Shown here: positions 12,426 to 24,750 of the stretch, piece by piece
Layout of the letters: the number at the start of each line of letters is the position of its first letter
How positions within the stretch are numbered: position 1 is the first letter of the stretch
Origin: Felis catus
Lineage: Eukaryota
Assembly (NCBI RefSeq): GCF_018350175.1
Contig: NC_058368.1
Coordinates: forward strand, 185,196,001-185,260,000
DNA: 64,000 bases
Reading direction: 5' to 3'
The notes under the pieces: generated by a model
Told to the model about the DNA's origin: nothing
Database searches by the model: none
Seen by the model: only the letters and a program-made list of their open reading frames with translations
Position numbers and translations under genes: made by a program

Positions 12426-12984
12426 AAGAACTTTGACTTGAATGTAAACACTGGCAAAGAAATTATATTCTTTTACTACACATTTTGGGAGACTGGTATG
12501 GTGGTATGTTTCTGGAACAGAATATAGAGTATAATCAGTCTGCTAATAGGAACAGGAAGTCATTTCTTAAAATGATCCTACAGCCACCTTGCTAATGTCG
12601 AGGATGATTTGAGCTGACTGATTTGATTGCTGCTTTCTTCCTACAAGAGGTCTCAATGCATGAAATAACTTACATGTGTAATTTAGGTTTCCATGATTCC
12701 CAGCAACCTAATGATGCACAGAAAGCTGAAATAAAATTCCCACTTTTTCCCGGATAGAATATACACATCTAAACATCTGTCTTATAGAGACAGAAGGATA
12801 TTATAGTTGATGGGAAGATGATAGCTTAATGCCTGTTTGGTGGTTTGATTTTCTAATAGATTATTTGAAAACTGTCCAGCTAGTGCTGTGGGGACCCATT
12901 TACATCTTTGTAAATAGCTTCAGGATAGAAAAGCGTAGGAGAGTAGGAGAGGCCGCTTAGTTTAGTATTGCAGACAATACTTCC

Positions 12985-13030
12985 TATACTATACTATACT
13001 ATACTATACTATACTATACTATACTATACT
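12985..13030. repeat. (TATAC)n pentanucleotide microsatellite, about 9 perfect units
   Basis: Direct reading ATACTATACT... Confidence 0.95.
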
Positions 13031-13391
13031 GATACTTTAGTATAATTTTATACTTACAGACAAGTATCTGAATGTCTTATATTTGAATCACAGCTCTGTA
13101 ATTCAACAACACTATAAAATACCCTTTCTTATCTCAATTTATCAAATTTTCATATATCATACTAGTCCCTGATTCTTTTTGATTCTCTCCCTTTACTTTC
13201 TGTCTTATGAAGTCCCAGACCATGTGGTTTTTGAAGCATACCCTTTCCTCCATTCAGAATTACTTTATCTATTCTCCAAATTTAGAATGATAAAATCTTG
13301 GGGACTGGGCTTACCAAGAAAATTCCCTTTGAAAGAGATCAGAAAAAAAGGAAGGGAAAAAGGATTCGCAAAAAAGACTGAATTCATTTTT

Positions 13392-13627
13392 TAAAAGCTT
13401 ATTTATTTATTTTGAGAGAGAGAGAGAGACAGAGAGACAGAGAGAGAGAGAGACAGAGAGACAGAATGCTGAAGGGGCAGAAAGACAGAGAGAGAGAGAG
13501 TCACAAGCAGGCTCCACACCATCAGCACGGAGCCTGATGTGGGACTCAAACTCATGAACTGTGAGATCATGACCTGGGCCTAAGTCGAGAGTTGGTCGAT
13601 TAACCAGCTGAGCCACCCAGATGCCCC
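13392..13627 (-). mobile_element. CanSINE
   Basis: (GA)n tract, GAGATCATGACCTGGGCC, ends CTGAGCCACCCAGATGCCCC; TSD degenerate. Confidence 0.93.
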
Positions 13628-14741
13628 AAAACTCAATTTGTTATAAGCAGAGGTGACATAAGAAGTCTGCAATCAGTCAAACGTTTAATTTCTGTTATCC
13701 CCATCAGAATGATTTTAACCTAGGGTCAGGCCTATTAATATTAGTGGCTCCATAATAGTCAAGCCAGATAAAAGCAGCATGCCTGTAACCCATAGTGTGT
13801 TCATGAGTGATTCAGAGATATGAAAATAGACATTTGGGAAGGTAGAGTTTTGACTTTTGCACATGAGAGCCAAGATATTACAACAGTAATTGATTCTTTA
13901 GTCATTCTGAAGGTAAAATTTAAAGTTTGCCTTGTGTGTGGTCTTTATACTGAAAACAAAGTTGGGATGATGGAACTTTCTTTCTTTCTTTGGAGCATGT
14001 CCACTCTCCTTTCAATTGCTATTGCCAAGCTCCAGAAGGACAGTACATATGGAGTTTTTGAACACGTGAACTTTTTTCCTAACTTGGTGAGCTGAGCTGG
14101 ATGATGTAGAAGAAACATTGAAGTTTCTTTTTACCTTCCTTCCTAGAGTCTTGAGCTAATTATAAAAGGATAACTTCTTCTTTATTAGTCTCTAAAGGTC
14201 TCTAAAGCCTGCCTGATCCATCTTGGTTCTCACTATATGTGTACAGATAACATACTGAGCTCCTTAACATAACAGCATTATGTTAAGGTTATACCATGAT
14301 ATGTCTATGCCAGGATTTTGCTTTTAGACTCAGAACCAGTGTTCACCAGAATGTACCCTTAACTCACACCAACCCTGATAAAATATGCTTGTCTAAGTCT
14401 ATCTTCAAAATTCTCCTAAGAGCAGGGAAATGGTAACTAAAGGGATAATCCCTTTTTCCTCCACCCCTTCAGCTTATAATACCTTCATTTGTGAAAAAGT
14501 TTCTGTTAATGATTTTTGTTTCTAGGTTAGATGTTAAATTTCACCTCCACATTTATTTTTCTTTTGTGAGTGTGTATTGCTTTTTTTCACTGCACATGCA
14601 AGATTCCTGCCAAGTTTCCCCCCACCCCCCACCCCCTAATTTTGGGCAAAGAGCATGAGTGTGTATTTAAGGGGAGTGGTGGAGGACAAAATCATACCTT
14701 ATATAAAGATTTACTTGCACAGTGAGATCAATGTGTTTCTG

Positions 14742-15192
14742 GTAGTCTTAGTTTGGATAATGTCAGAAACAGATCCTAAGACAAAGACTCAAGTGCAAAT
14801 AAACATGAGTAGGGAAGTAGGGAAGAGACATGGAGAGAGTGAGGTAGCCAGCATAGGAAGCACCATCAAGGCAGCCACTGCTACTGGTGGCCAGATCTTA
14901 ACACCTCGGGAAATTCTGAAAAATGGTGTAAAACACATATATTGCCTGCAGGGTGAGCAAGCTGTGCATTTATATAGCAATTCCATTCAGTAATTGGTTT
15001 AGGCTGCTCTCTGGGGTACAGGCATTAGTTCCCTGTCCCTTAGGCCTGCTGGATATAGGCATGGCAGCCTTTCAAGGCATCAGAGACTCTTGGGCCAAGA
15101 GGTGCAAATACTGGTGGTTGATATTTGTGCAGGACCAAACTGAAGTAACGAGACCCAGGGGATGTGGGCTGGGAACCAACAGCATCTGTTAA
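14742..15192 (-). mobile_element. ERVL solo LTR (LTR16-like)
   Basis: GTCTTAGTTTGG..CAGAAACAGATCCTAAGACAAAGACTCAAGTGCAA and terminal GGGATGTGGGCTGGGAACCAACAGCATCTG; antisense relative of 38880-39282. Confidence 0.65.
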
Positions 15193-15549
15193 AGAGTGAT
15201 AGTCCATGGTTTTTATTTTCATGATTCCCAGTTATTTGGCACATGGAAAACATTTAGCCCCTATTCTTGGCTTATTTTAAAGACTCAAAAGTTTACTTCT
15301 TATTCTCTTTCTGTAAATAAAATTTCAGTATCACAAAATAACTTTTGACATGATTAGTCTTCATATCTAAACACCTAATTTATCATCAATGACAGGATTA
15401 TTTCAAAACTAGTCTTATCAAGTAATACTTCATGGTGTTGTGTATTTGATCAAAACTATTTTAGTTAGGTCTATTATAAACTGGCTATTTGCAATTGAGA
15501 TTTCATTATATGTTTTTAATGCTTAGGCTAGACATATATTAACCAGCCT

Positions 15550-15680
15550 ATAGAATTTTAAAATGTTAGAGCTAAAAATGACCCTATAGATTATGTAATC
15601 AGGCCCCTTGCCACCCAGTACCTACTTAGCAGATGAGGAAACTAAGGTTTAGTGAGAACCACTTTGCTTACAGTTGTGGA
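15550..15680 (-). mobile_element. MIR (MIR3/MIRc-like)
   Basis: Core CAGATGAGGAAACTAAGGTTTAGTGAG. Confidence 0.65.
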
Positions 15681-16403
15681 AATAGTCTTTTCTTTTTATA
15701 ACCCTAAATAAAACTAGAGAGAACTCTGGGTCCATGGTAAAATGTTCTGTTATTCTGGGACTGGGGATAAGGTTATAAACTTTGAGAACTAACGCAGAGT
15801 CCCCTACACCTGGAGTCATTGGCTAGTATCTTGGAAGTTAAGCTACTTGTTCCTGGGGTTCCTTTTCTCCTTGAGGCAGAAGTGCCACAATGATATGGTT
15901 TTCTTATCCTGATGTCTCATGCATATTGTTCAGATGGTGCACTTACTGTTTTTTTTTCAACATAGGCTTTACTTTTATCATCTGCATCCTACTTGCAACC
16001 AGTCTTCTAGTCCCATTTTACACTGAACACTCTGCTTTGATGCTTGGGTTTTGATTAATTTTACTTCCAGAAAAGTCCCTGGATTGACTTCAATTATAAA
16101 GATTTATTATTAAAACTGAGAGGAAAAAAGTATAAAAGCAAGTGGGAATACTTTAAATTCTACCCATCTGATTTCTACTAAACATTTAAAATTCAAAATA
16201 AAGCAACATAGATTGGATACCTAGATATTCAAATATGGATTTATTTGATTTTTCTTATTGCTCCATGCTTCTCAACATTGAGGCCATTGAGCTTATGAAA
16301 TTTTTTCTTGGAATTCTTAAAGTTCTACAAGAATTGTTAATTCAGAATTTTCCTTAGATGCTTATGAATTTTTAACTGTTAATACAAAATCTCTTTTTTT
16401 TTC

Positions 16404-16880
16404 TGGTAGAGATGACTAAATTAAAAGGTATTCTCAAATAACTACTGTAATCCAAAAATTGAAAGATGAACAAAAAGAATCTTGACAGCATAGAAATTAA
16501 GAAACTCATTTCCAGATTATTCTTAAATCAAAGAGAAGGTAACAAACATTGCAACTTTTTACAAAGCAATGAAATGAGGCACATCGTACCTAAGCCTACA
16601 GGTTTTAGTAAAAGCTGCTATAACCAGAGTCCTAATGCCTATAAGACAAGGTTAAAATGAAGAAGTTAGAAGTTAGAAAAGCAAAAGTTAGAAAGTTAGA
16701 AAAACAAAAAAACCAAAATAACCAAGAAAGAAGGAAGAGGAAAATAGAGATTTAAGATGTTACTTATGAATAAGAAAATAGAAATTAAAAAAAATACTAC
16801 AGAAGATAGATAAATACTAATCTGACTTTTGGAACTGTGCATTAAAGCTGGTAAATCCTTTAGATTCTATTAAGAAAAAT
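16404..16880 (+). mobile_element. Highly decayed L1 ORF2 5' remnant (end of endonuclease domain and downstream)
   Basis: A-rich segments resembling TTCTCTGACCACAAT..AGAAATCAATAA, TGGAAATTAAAC..GTCAAAGAAGAA and CTAGAAAAAGAA..CCAAA..GAAGGAA of L1 ORF2. Confidence 0.5.
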
Positions 16881-16954
16881 GGTAGACTAAAGTATTGAAA
16901 ATGGCCAAAGAGTAGCACATACATATTTGTTGAATCATGAATTGATAGAAAGGG

Positions 16955-17150
16955 AACTATGTGCTGGGCATTGTACTGAGCACCTTACTTTATTTAATCT
17001 TCACTAAACCCTTTGAGATGGGTGTTACTTTTATCCTCATTTTGTATGTGGAGAATCTGAGGCTTAGAGAGATTAGAAGGAGTAAGTAATATGTGCAAGA
17101 CTACACAGCTGGAATCAAACCCAGGCATTTTAACTCTAACATCTTTCCTA
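16955..17150 (-). mobile_element. MIR
   Basis: ACTATGTGCTGGGCATTGTACTGAGCAC..TGTGGAGAATCTGAGGCTTAGAGAGATTA..GGAATCAAACCCAGGC. Confidence 0.8.
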
Positions 17151-19889
17151 ACCAGTAGTTGGAGATGGTGGTTCATATTTTCTTTGTTATAGTTCTAATC
17201 GGAAACCCCAGTGTGGGTTCTATAAATCTCCTTTCTAAGAATTCTGTGTAGTTTAAAGTACTTTTTAGGTAAAGAATTTTTCCAGGAAAATTTCTACTGG
17301 ATGACATCAAAATTTTAAGAAGTTTGTTGTTGCAAACGTATAGAAGAATTTTCTGGGTAATCATCTGGAAGCATGGGGAAACAAATATCTGATGATGGTG
17401 AACTTGAACTTTTTCAGCCTCAATGGTCTGTGGTTCCTCTGGTTAACAGGAGGAATTTGGTAGAGAGGACTCTAAATTAAAAGGCATTCTCAGACAACTA
17501 TAGTAATCTGAAAATCAATAGATGACCAAAGAATCTTGACTATATGCAAAATCTGGCCATGGCCTGGAGGGATATTAACAACTGGTGGGGATTTCAGTAA
17601 CATGCATTCTTCAACATTGGATGTTTTCCTCTACTAAGTAGTCTTTTAGGACTACAGAACAGACTAAGATTTAGTGAGAGAAAAAATAATCCCACGGCCA
17701 TGGATGAGAGTTTCAACTAGAAAGACTTTTTCCTAAAACCATATTATTTTTCTCTTCACACTTAATCTGCTCATTGCCTTGAACGTGGACAGTTTCCAAA
17801 TCTATTCAGCTGTCTGCTTTTTTTTCTTGTTAATGCAGACCATGAAAATGATATCTAAATCTGAATTCTATTAACACCACAAATAAAAATGATAAACTCT
17901 ATCAGCACAGCATATAAATCCTTTCAGGGGAAGGTATTGTATTTTAAGTTATGCAGACACAAATTCCTAATATTTAAATAAGAATATTCTCCTTGGTTCC
18001 AGCATTTCAGAACACTTTTTGATAAAAGAAATGGTGTTACAATATAGAAGTAAAGTAAAATAATTTTGGAAGGTATATAGGATCTATTCCTTGGTCAGCT
18101 GTCAGTGACCAACTAGCCTCAATGAAGGGAAGGATCCCAAGGAACACTGTGGAGGGCAGTGAAACACTTAGAGCAAATAGTAAAAGGAATTAATCAGTTA
18201 CTAATAGGGTAGGAAATAGCATGGGTGTTAAGTCAAACATCTGATTAAGTAATTACTGAGTTAACAAAAAGTATTTAAGAAACTATTTTAGAGAAAGATT
18301 TTCACTGTAATTTAAGCTATTTATGTCAAATACTTGTCTTGATTTTCCTTATGCACTTGAAATGCTTGGCAAGAACTGGCACATAGTAGGTTCTCAAATA
18401 TTTGCTTGAAGGAAGAAAAATATACTTACTTACACTAGTGAGATGTGTTAATGCAGAGCAAACATTTTAGAGCTAAGGCAGAAAGGATTTTCTCTATTTG
18501 TTGGTGTCTGCTGAGAACCAAAGCATATAATAAAATTGGTTTTTTTCCTCAGGACTCTTGAGTGGCTGTATGGAAAGGCACAGATATAATCGTGGGTTAG
18601 AATTCTTTACAACAGTAATGAAACCAATAAAATTGGAAGATTAAAAGAGATTCATTTCTAAAGTATTACAGTGGACTTTGTTAACTTAATTAAATTATTT
18701 AAGTCTAGTCTCTTCTAAGTTAGTGACAAAAAGCTTCTTTTTATGACATTGTCTTGGAAATCATTTAGACCACCATGACATAAAAGGCTATGGAAGTATT
18801 TTTTCAGGCCTGAGGACATTTAAATCTAGGTTCTGTTTTGTGGATTATAGATTTTTTTTAAGGGCAAGTAAATGTTCCTCTTAATTTTCTTGCAATATGT
18901 AAAATTCAAATCACCTGGGCATTAATCACTAGAGATTCACTTCAGTTATAACCCTAAAGTTGTGCCATGGAAAAAGAATGGGTTGATAGCGGGGGTGACT
19001 AGAGTTTTTGAAACCTAAATGTCACATTGCATTTGATTATTAATTCAAAATATTTTTAGCTGAGTTCTCCATAATCAGAGCTCATCAGACTATTGACTAT
19101 ATTCAAGAGCTAAGTAATTAAAAGGAAGAAGTCAACATCACAAGTTAAATTTACAGAGAAGTCATTATTATTTTGTTAATAGCTTCTGTGACTTCCTAGG
19201 ATATAACTTTTGAATCACACAGTTGTGTACCTATTGACTTGCTAGAACTTTTCAAGTAAATGTATTTTCTAACAAACTTTGGATATAGATAGGATCAGTT
19301 TCAGGTGATATTATTGGAATATTTTGTCCTTGAAAGGAAATCTTAGCCAAAAAAACAATAATTCAACATCTGACTTATTTGACCTTAAAAATGTTACTTC
19401 AATGAATGATTTTAAGGTTTTAAATAGGAAACATTGTTTTTACACATTTACAATTTATAATTTAAAGCACATTGGAAAGGATTGGGATAAAGTACCAGTG
19501 GACAAAATTTGCATTTAATAAATTGCTTGAAGTTTTACTATGTATGTTGGCATCTACATAATTTGCTTTCAGTGACTATAATCTTTTCAGAGGGTCCAAT
19601 GGATGGGTTTTAACTTTAACTTTAATGAAGATAGTTTGGAGAAAATAATCCAGAGGAATTGTGCTTTTTAGCCCCTTCAAGCAAAATCCAAGAATCTTTG
19701 CTCTGACCCATCTACCTATTTAAAGAGTTTGCTTAATGAAAGGTTATGTCAAGACCATCATGAGCTAAGTCTGAAGGCCAATTAAGGCTTGGTGAAAGGA
19801 AAATCTTTTTACCAAAATTGATGTCCAATTAGCATGGGTCTGTTTGATATAGGTCAGGTAAAAATCTAGGTTCATTGATTGTTTTTTCT

Positions 19890-21185
19890 TTAATTTATTA
19901 TTTAAATGTTTTTTTTGAAATTAGGAAAGTTATATATGCTCACTGTTACCAGTGAAAAATGAAAGAGATGAATGGAGACAGAGGTTATTTTTTCCCCCTA
20001 CTCTTTTCCCTCGTTAATCAATGTTAATAGCAGCAGGTGTATCATTCTACAAGTTCTGCTTTCTTGTATGGAAGTATGAGTACACGTCAAAAATGTGTGT
20101 TTTATTAATGTTTGTTTCTATAAAAATGCATCACATTAAATATTCTGAAATTTAATTTTTCATGTAACAATATGAATAGATCTCTCAAGACAGTCGATAT
20201 AGATGTAACCACATATCAGAATCACGCATCAGAACTGGATGACTTGTTAGGACACATTACCAGGCCCCATCCTCAGACATTCCCATAGGTCTGGAGTGGG
20301 GTCAAATATGCATTTCTAACAAGTTCCTAGGTGATGCTGAGACTACTGGGCCAAGGGCCAGACTTTAAGAGCCACTGGTTTAGGCTATTCTTCTGGATAG
20401 AAGTGGATTCCTGCATAGAGTAGAAGTGTTGTGATTTATCCAACCATTTCCCCTGTTGGTGGCCCTTTATTTTTTCTTATTTTGCCATAATAAAATATTG
20501 CTGCAATAGACATTTTGTTCATATAACACAAAGATTTTTATGTCTATAGTATGGATTCCCAAATTGAGATTAGTGGGTCAAAGGTGGTGTTTACAATTTT
20601 AACAGCTTTTGCCTGATTAATTCCCAAAAGCGGTTATTACATATTACTAATTACTACATAAAGATTATATATCCCTGTTTCCTCATCAGCACTGTATTGT
20701 CACTGTATTATTATTTCTTTATGAGATGGGTGAAAAAATGGCATCTCATTGTTGTTTTAACTTACATTCCCCTAAACCCCAAGAGGTTAAGAGAATTCTT
20801 GTATGTTTATTAACCACTAGGATTCCCTCTTTGTCCATTGTCCCTTTAGTTACTTTTCTTTTTCCTAATTATTTCTAGAGATTTTTTTAATATAAGGAAT
20901 ATTAACCCTTAATATGGTAAGCGTTGAAAATATTTCTCTCAGTCTCTCCCTTCACTTTTAACTGTTTATGATATGACTGGCATGAAAAATCTGTAATTTT
21001 TATATAATGAAATATTACATAGGTAGTGTCTTTAGGTCTTCTATCTTATTTAAGAGACTCTTGTATAATGCAAGGTTATACAAATATTCTTCTAAAGTTT
21101 CTTATAATGCTTTAACTATTTTATATTTTGCATTTAAATGATTATTGTATCTGGAATTAATTTTAAAATATCATGTGAAGTTGGG
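19890..21185 (-). mobile_element. Old L1 (L1ME-like) 3' fragment
   Basis: Antisense ORF2/3'UTR: GGCATCTCATTGTTGTTTTAACTTACATTCCC, GGAATATTAACCCTT, TATCTGGAATTAATTTT. Confidence 0.7.
20212..20377. mobile_element. MER5A-like hAT element nested in L1
   Basis: CATCAGAA..GGCCCCATCCTCAGA..TAGGTCTGGAGTGGGG..GCATTCTAACAAGTTCCTAGGTGATGCTGA..ACTTTAAGAGCCACTG. Confidence 0.85.
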
Positions 21186-21589
21186 CTATAGTGGCAACCC
21201 TCCCCCCTTTTCAGGGACTGGGGGCATTTTTCTCTCCTATGTAATTCTTTCTAGGCTTTCCACATCACTAGGCCCACATGCAACAAGTAAGCAGGCATAG
21301 TCTTTCTGGAAGAGGAGCACGGGCACCTGCTTGCTAATTTCCCTCACTACCAAGAAACCTGAATCATCACCAGAGACCCCAAACATAGGTAAGACCTAGC
21401 CCCTGGGTCTAGCCCCTTAGCTTAGGACAGACACAGAAGAGAATGGTTTCTAATTGATTCTTGGTCCCTGAAGACACGTTAGAGGTGTTCTATGTCCTGC
21501 ATTCCATGCCTCCCATCCAAAAACAGTATTACTTAGAAAGGATGTTTGGAGCAAATTAAGGAGTCTGTGTTCAAGCTGTCCTATCTCAG

Positions 21590-22070
21590 AATACAAACAT
21601 TACACAATTAATGCAAGTTTATACTCACTGGGGACAAATTAGTAAATAGAGATTAGCAAGAAGAAAGCAGGAAAAATCACCCGCATTTCAAACACCCAGA
21701 GACAAACACTTTGAGCCTCTGGGTGTATATCTGTTCAGATTATATAACTAACTAAATAAATAACAGACAAGTAAGTAGATAAATGTAAAAATATTACTTT
21801 CCATGCTGTTTTTAATTTCCTCCCCTACCTTTTGGACATTTGGATTGCTGCCAATTCTTTGATGTCCTACATACTCTGAGATAAACATCACTTTTGTTAC
21901 ACTTTTGTGAAGATTTACTATTATTTCTTTGATACAAATTCCTAGAATGGTAGTTGCCTGATCAAGGTATATGCTCATATTTAAAATGTTTCCAAATTGC
22001 CCTCCAGGAAAATTTTAAAGTTTATACTCCTACCAGCCACGCATGAGAATGCCCATCAGTTCATAACTTT
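21590..22070 (-). mobile_element. Old L1 (L1ME-like) 3' fragment
   Basis: GGACATTTGGATTGCTGCCAATT, CAAATTCCTAGAATGG, CCAAATTGCCCTCCAG..TTTATACTCCTACCAGC. Confidence 0.65.
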
Positions 22071-22189
22071 GCAGAAAAAAGTTTGCATGACTAAACACAA
22101 ACCCCATTTCTTTTTAAAAAACACTACTTGGTAGATATTTCATTATTTGGATGCTCAGGTTTGATTTTTCTTTTTGGTAAAAAGGTATT

Positions 22190-22580
22190 GCAGTTTCCTG
22201 CTCTTAGGAGTATGTTTCACTTTGGAGTAAACTACTTCCCCCTTCTCCAGGACTGGACTCATGTGAACACATCAATATAATTATATTCTCATCCTCTAAG
22301 ACTAAGCAAGTGACCCAAGCTGCATTGTATCAACTTTGGGAAGTTACTACAATGAGAGAAAAGAAGTTCTCTCTTTCAATCCTCACTGGCTCTTCATCTA
22401 TCTTTCCCTAGGATTTTGAAAACAACAAAGTAGATGAGAGCAGAGAAAAGGAGGGACAGATGCACAATGGGAGAGAAAGAAAGAACAAAAGGGACAGGAG
22501 GGGCAAGATACATCTGGCTGTGCCTGAAGCAAGAACTACTGTTGGATTTTTTACTAACATGAGCCAATCACTTCTGTTGG
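22190..22580 (+). mobile_element. Old MaLR LTR remnant (MLT1K/L-like)
   Basis: GCAAGTGACCCAAGCTG, TGTGCCTGAAGC..GGATTTTT..CATGAGCCAAT. Confidence 0.45.
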
Positions 22581-23833
22581 TGAGTGTACCTTCCTTTTAC
22601 TCCTTTTAAAAGGCACTGATATGGCTATTTGTTTTATATTTTATAATCATTATTTGATCATCTAGAATGTATTTTTAAGCTTTACCAGTAAAAAGTCTTT
22701 GTTAGTTATTACAAATAATTCAAAAGCAAATAAACATGTATTTGTGGTTTTCTCAGCCTTTACTATTATCAAATATTTACTATTCCAAACAGGTACACAC
22801 CTGTAGGTAGGTCATTTGTCTCCTTGATAGAGTACACAACAGAGATAAGAGAAGACTTTTGTTCCCATTCTTTCCCCACCTTTGAGCTTTGGCTATTGTA
22901 CTAGCAATCTAATGGTGACGAGTGATTTGGGTTCCCTGGTCACCTCATTAATCACATTAATGATGTCAGACACCAAAAAGAAAGTAGAGAAATCACTTGC
23001 CTTATCATCTAATGTCTTTTCATTAGAGATCTGGTCAAGGGATTTTAAAGACATTGACATTGACAACTAATAGGCAGTTGATATTAATTCTGCTGAAAGC
23101 AATAATGAAGCAGCCAGATTCCAAACAAGCTGGCAGTAACCTGGTGGGACCTCAGATGAGAAGGTGTTGGAATCTTTTAAAATTCAGTTTACTTTTTGCT
23201 TGGATGGACTTGCTTTAATTCAAGGGTAGTGAGAGTGGGCAGAGTTTGGGGAGGAGACATATTAGGTTTCAATCCTTTATCAATGTTTTAATTATCTTTC
23301 AGGGGAGCTCCCTAGCAGGTTGGAGGACAAGATTATTGTTTGAAAAGATAACCATTAACTCTGGAAAAATATTTATTTGCACAGCTCATTCCTAGGCTTG
23401 ATGGGACTTCCAAATTTATTATTAGAGCTAATATGGAAAGAGGGTCATAGCTATTGCAGAAATGACCAAGGGTCACATCCCCAGATAAGATTAATAGCTT
23501 AATGATAAAGAGAAGTTGACAACCATGCTGAAGTATAGAACATCTTCTCTGATGGATTCCAACAAGACATGGAAACTTTGGCTGAGTGAGGCATGAGGCA
23601 GATAAGGTATAGACTTGGTTGCATTTGATTAGAGACAGATGAGTACAGAACTGTTAGAGCATATCTCAGTGTAGCACTAATAAAGTGCTGGGAGCCAGTT
23701 GTCAACGACGGTATACAGCCCCCACTGAAATGTGTAAAAATGTACTACACACGCCTTTAATTTTATTCACCCATGGGGATAGCAAGCAATAACACAGTAA
23801 GACACTGGGGTTATTTTAACCATTTTCTAATTA

Positions 23834-24154
23834 CATTTGACCCTTAAACAACAGGGATCCTCTTCATGTGGATTTTTTAAATATAAATACAGCACAGTAC
23901 AATAAATGTATTTTCTCCTCCTCATGATTTCTTAATATTTTCTTTTTTAAGCTTACTTTATTATAAGAATACAGTATGTAATACAGATAGCATGCAAACT
24001 ATGTGTTAATTGATTGTTTATGTTACTGGTAAAGCTTCCAGTCAACAATAGGCTGTTAAGTTTTGGGGTGTCAAAACTTACATGCAGATTTTCAACTATA
24101 GAGGAGAGGGGGGCATTGGCAGCTCTAACTCCAGTGTTGTTCAAGCGTCACCTG
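23834..24154 (+). mobile_element. Tigger2a-like non-autonomous TcMar element
   Basis: TIRs CATTTGACCCTTAAACAAC / GTTGTTCAAGCGTCACCTG, flanked by TA at both ends; colinear with 43084-43400. Confidence 0.88.
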
Positions 24155-24299
24155 TATATTGATCAGCATTTGGTTAAATTGTATTTTGTATCCTATTCTA
24201 ACAAAGTGTTCATGATATGTCAAGTACTGTATTAGGCACATAACCAGTACTGAAGAAACAAAATCTTTAATTTTTCTTCCTTGGAAAACCACTGTACTC

Positions 24300-24750
24300 T
24301 TAATTCATTCATTTCTTAACAAATACTCTAGACATTCTTATAGAAAATAAGAATCTAACAATAAACTTGATATATAAGTTTCCTGTCTCCGTAGAATGTA
24401 TATTCTTCTAGGGATAAAAAGACAATAAACAAATAAGCTAGATTTTCAGATAGGAATAAGAAATGTGAAAAACAGAGAGAGTTACCTAGGGTATGGGCTT
24501 AGTTTAGATTGTTCAGTTAAAAACATCATTCTGAAAAATTTAACATCTGAGCTGAAATAAGAAAGTAACTCTGTAAGAAGGAGTAACCCTGTTGAAATCT
24601 GGGTGAAGGAAGCACATTTCACGTAGAGGAAAGTGAGTGTAAAGTCAGAAGAGTTGAAGTTTTGAATGCATGGTTGTAGGATAGGAACCTCAAGAGACAG
24701 GTGTGTCCAGTTTATTCAGTCTATGGCAAGGAGATTACACTCAATTCTCA
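24300..24750 (-). mobile_element. L2 remnant
   Basis: ATTCATTCATTTCTTAACAAATACT start; AGACAATAAACAAATAA; ACATCTGAGCTGA. Confidence 0.55.
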
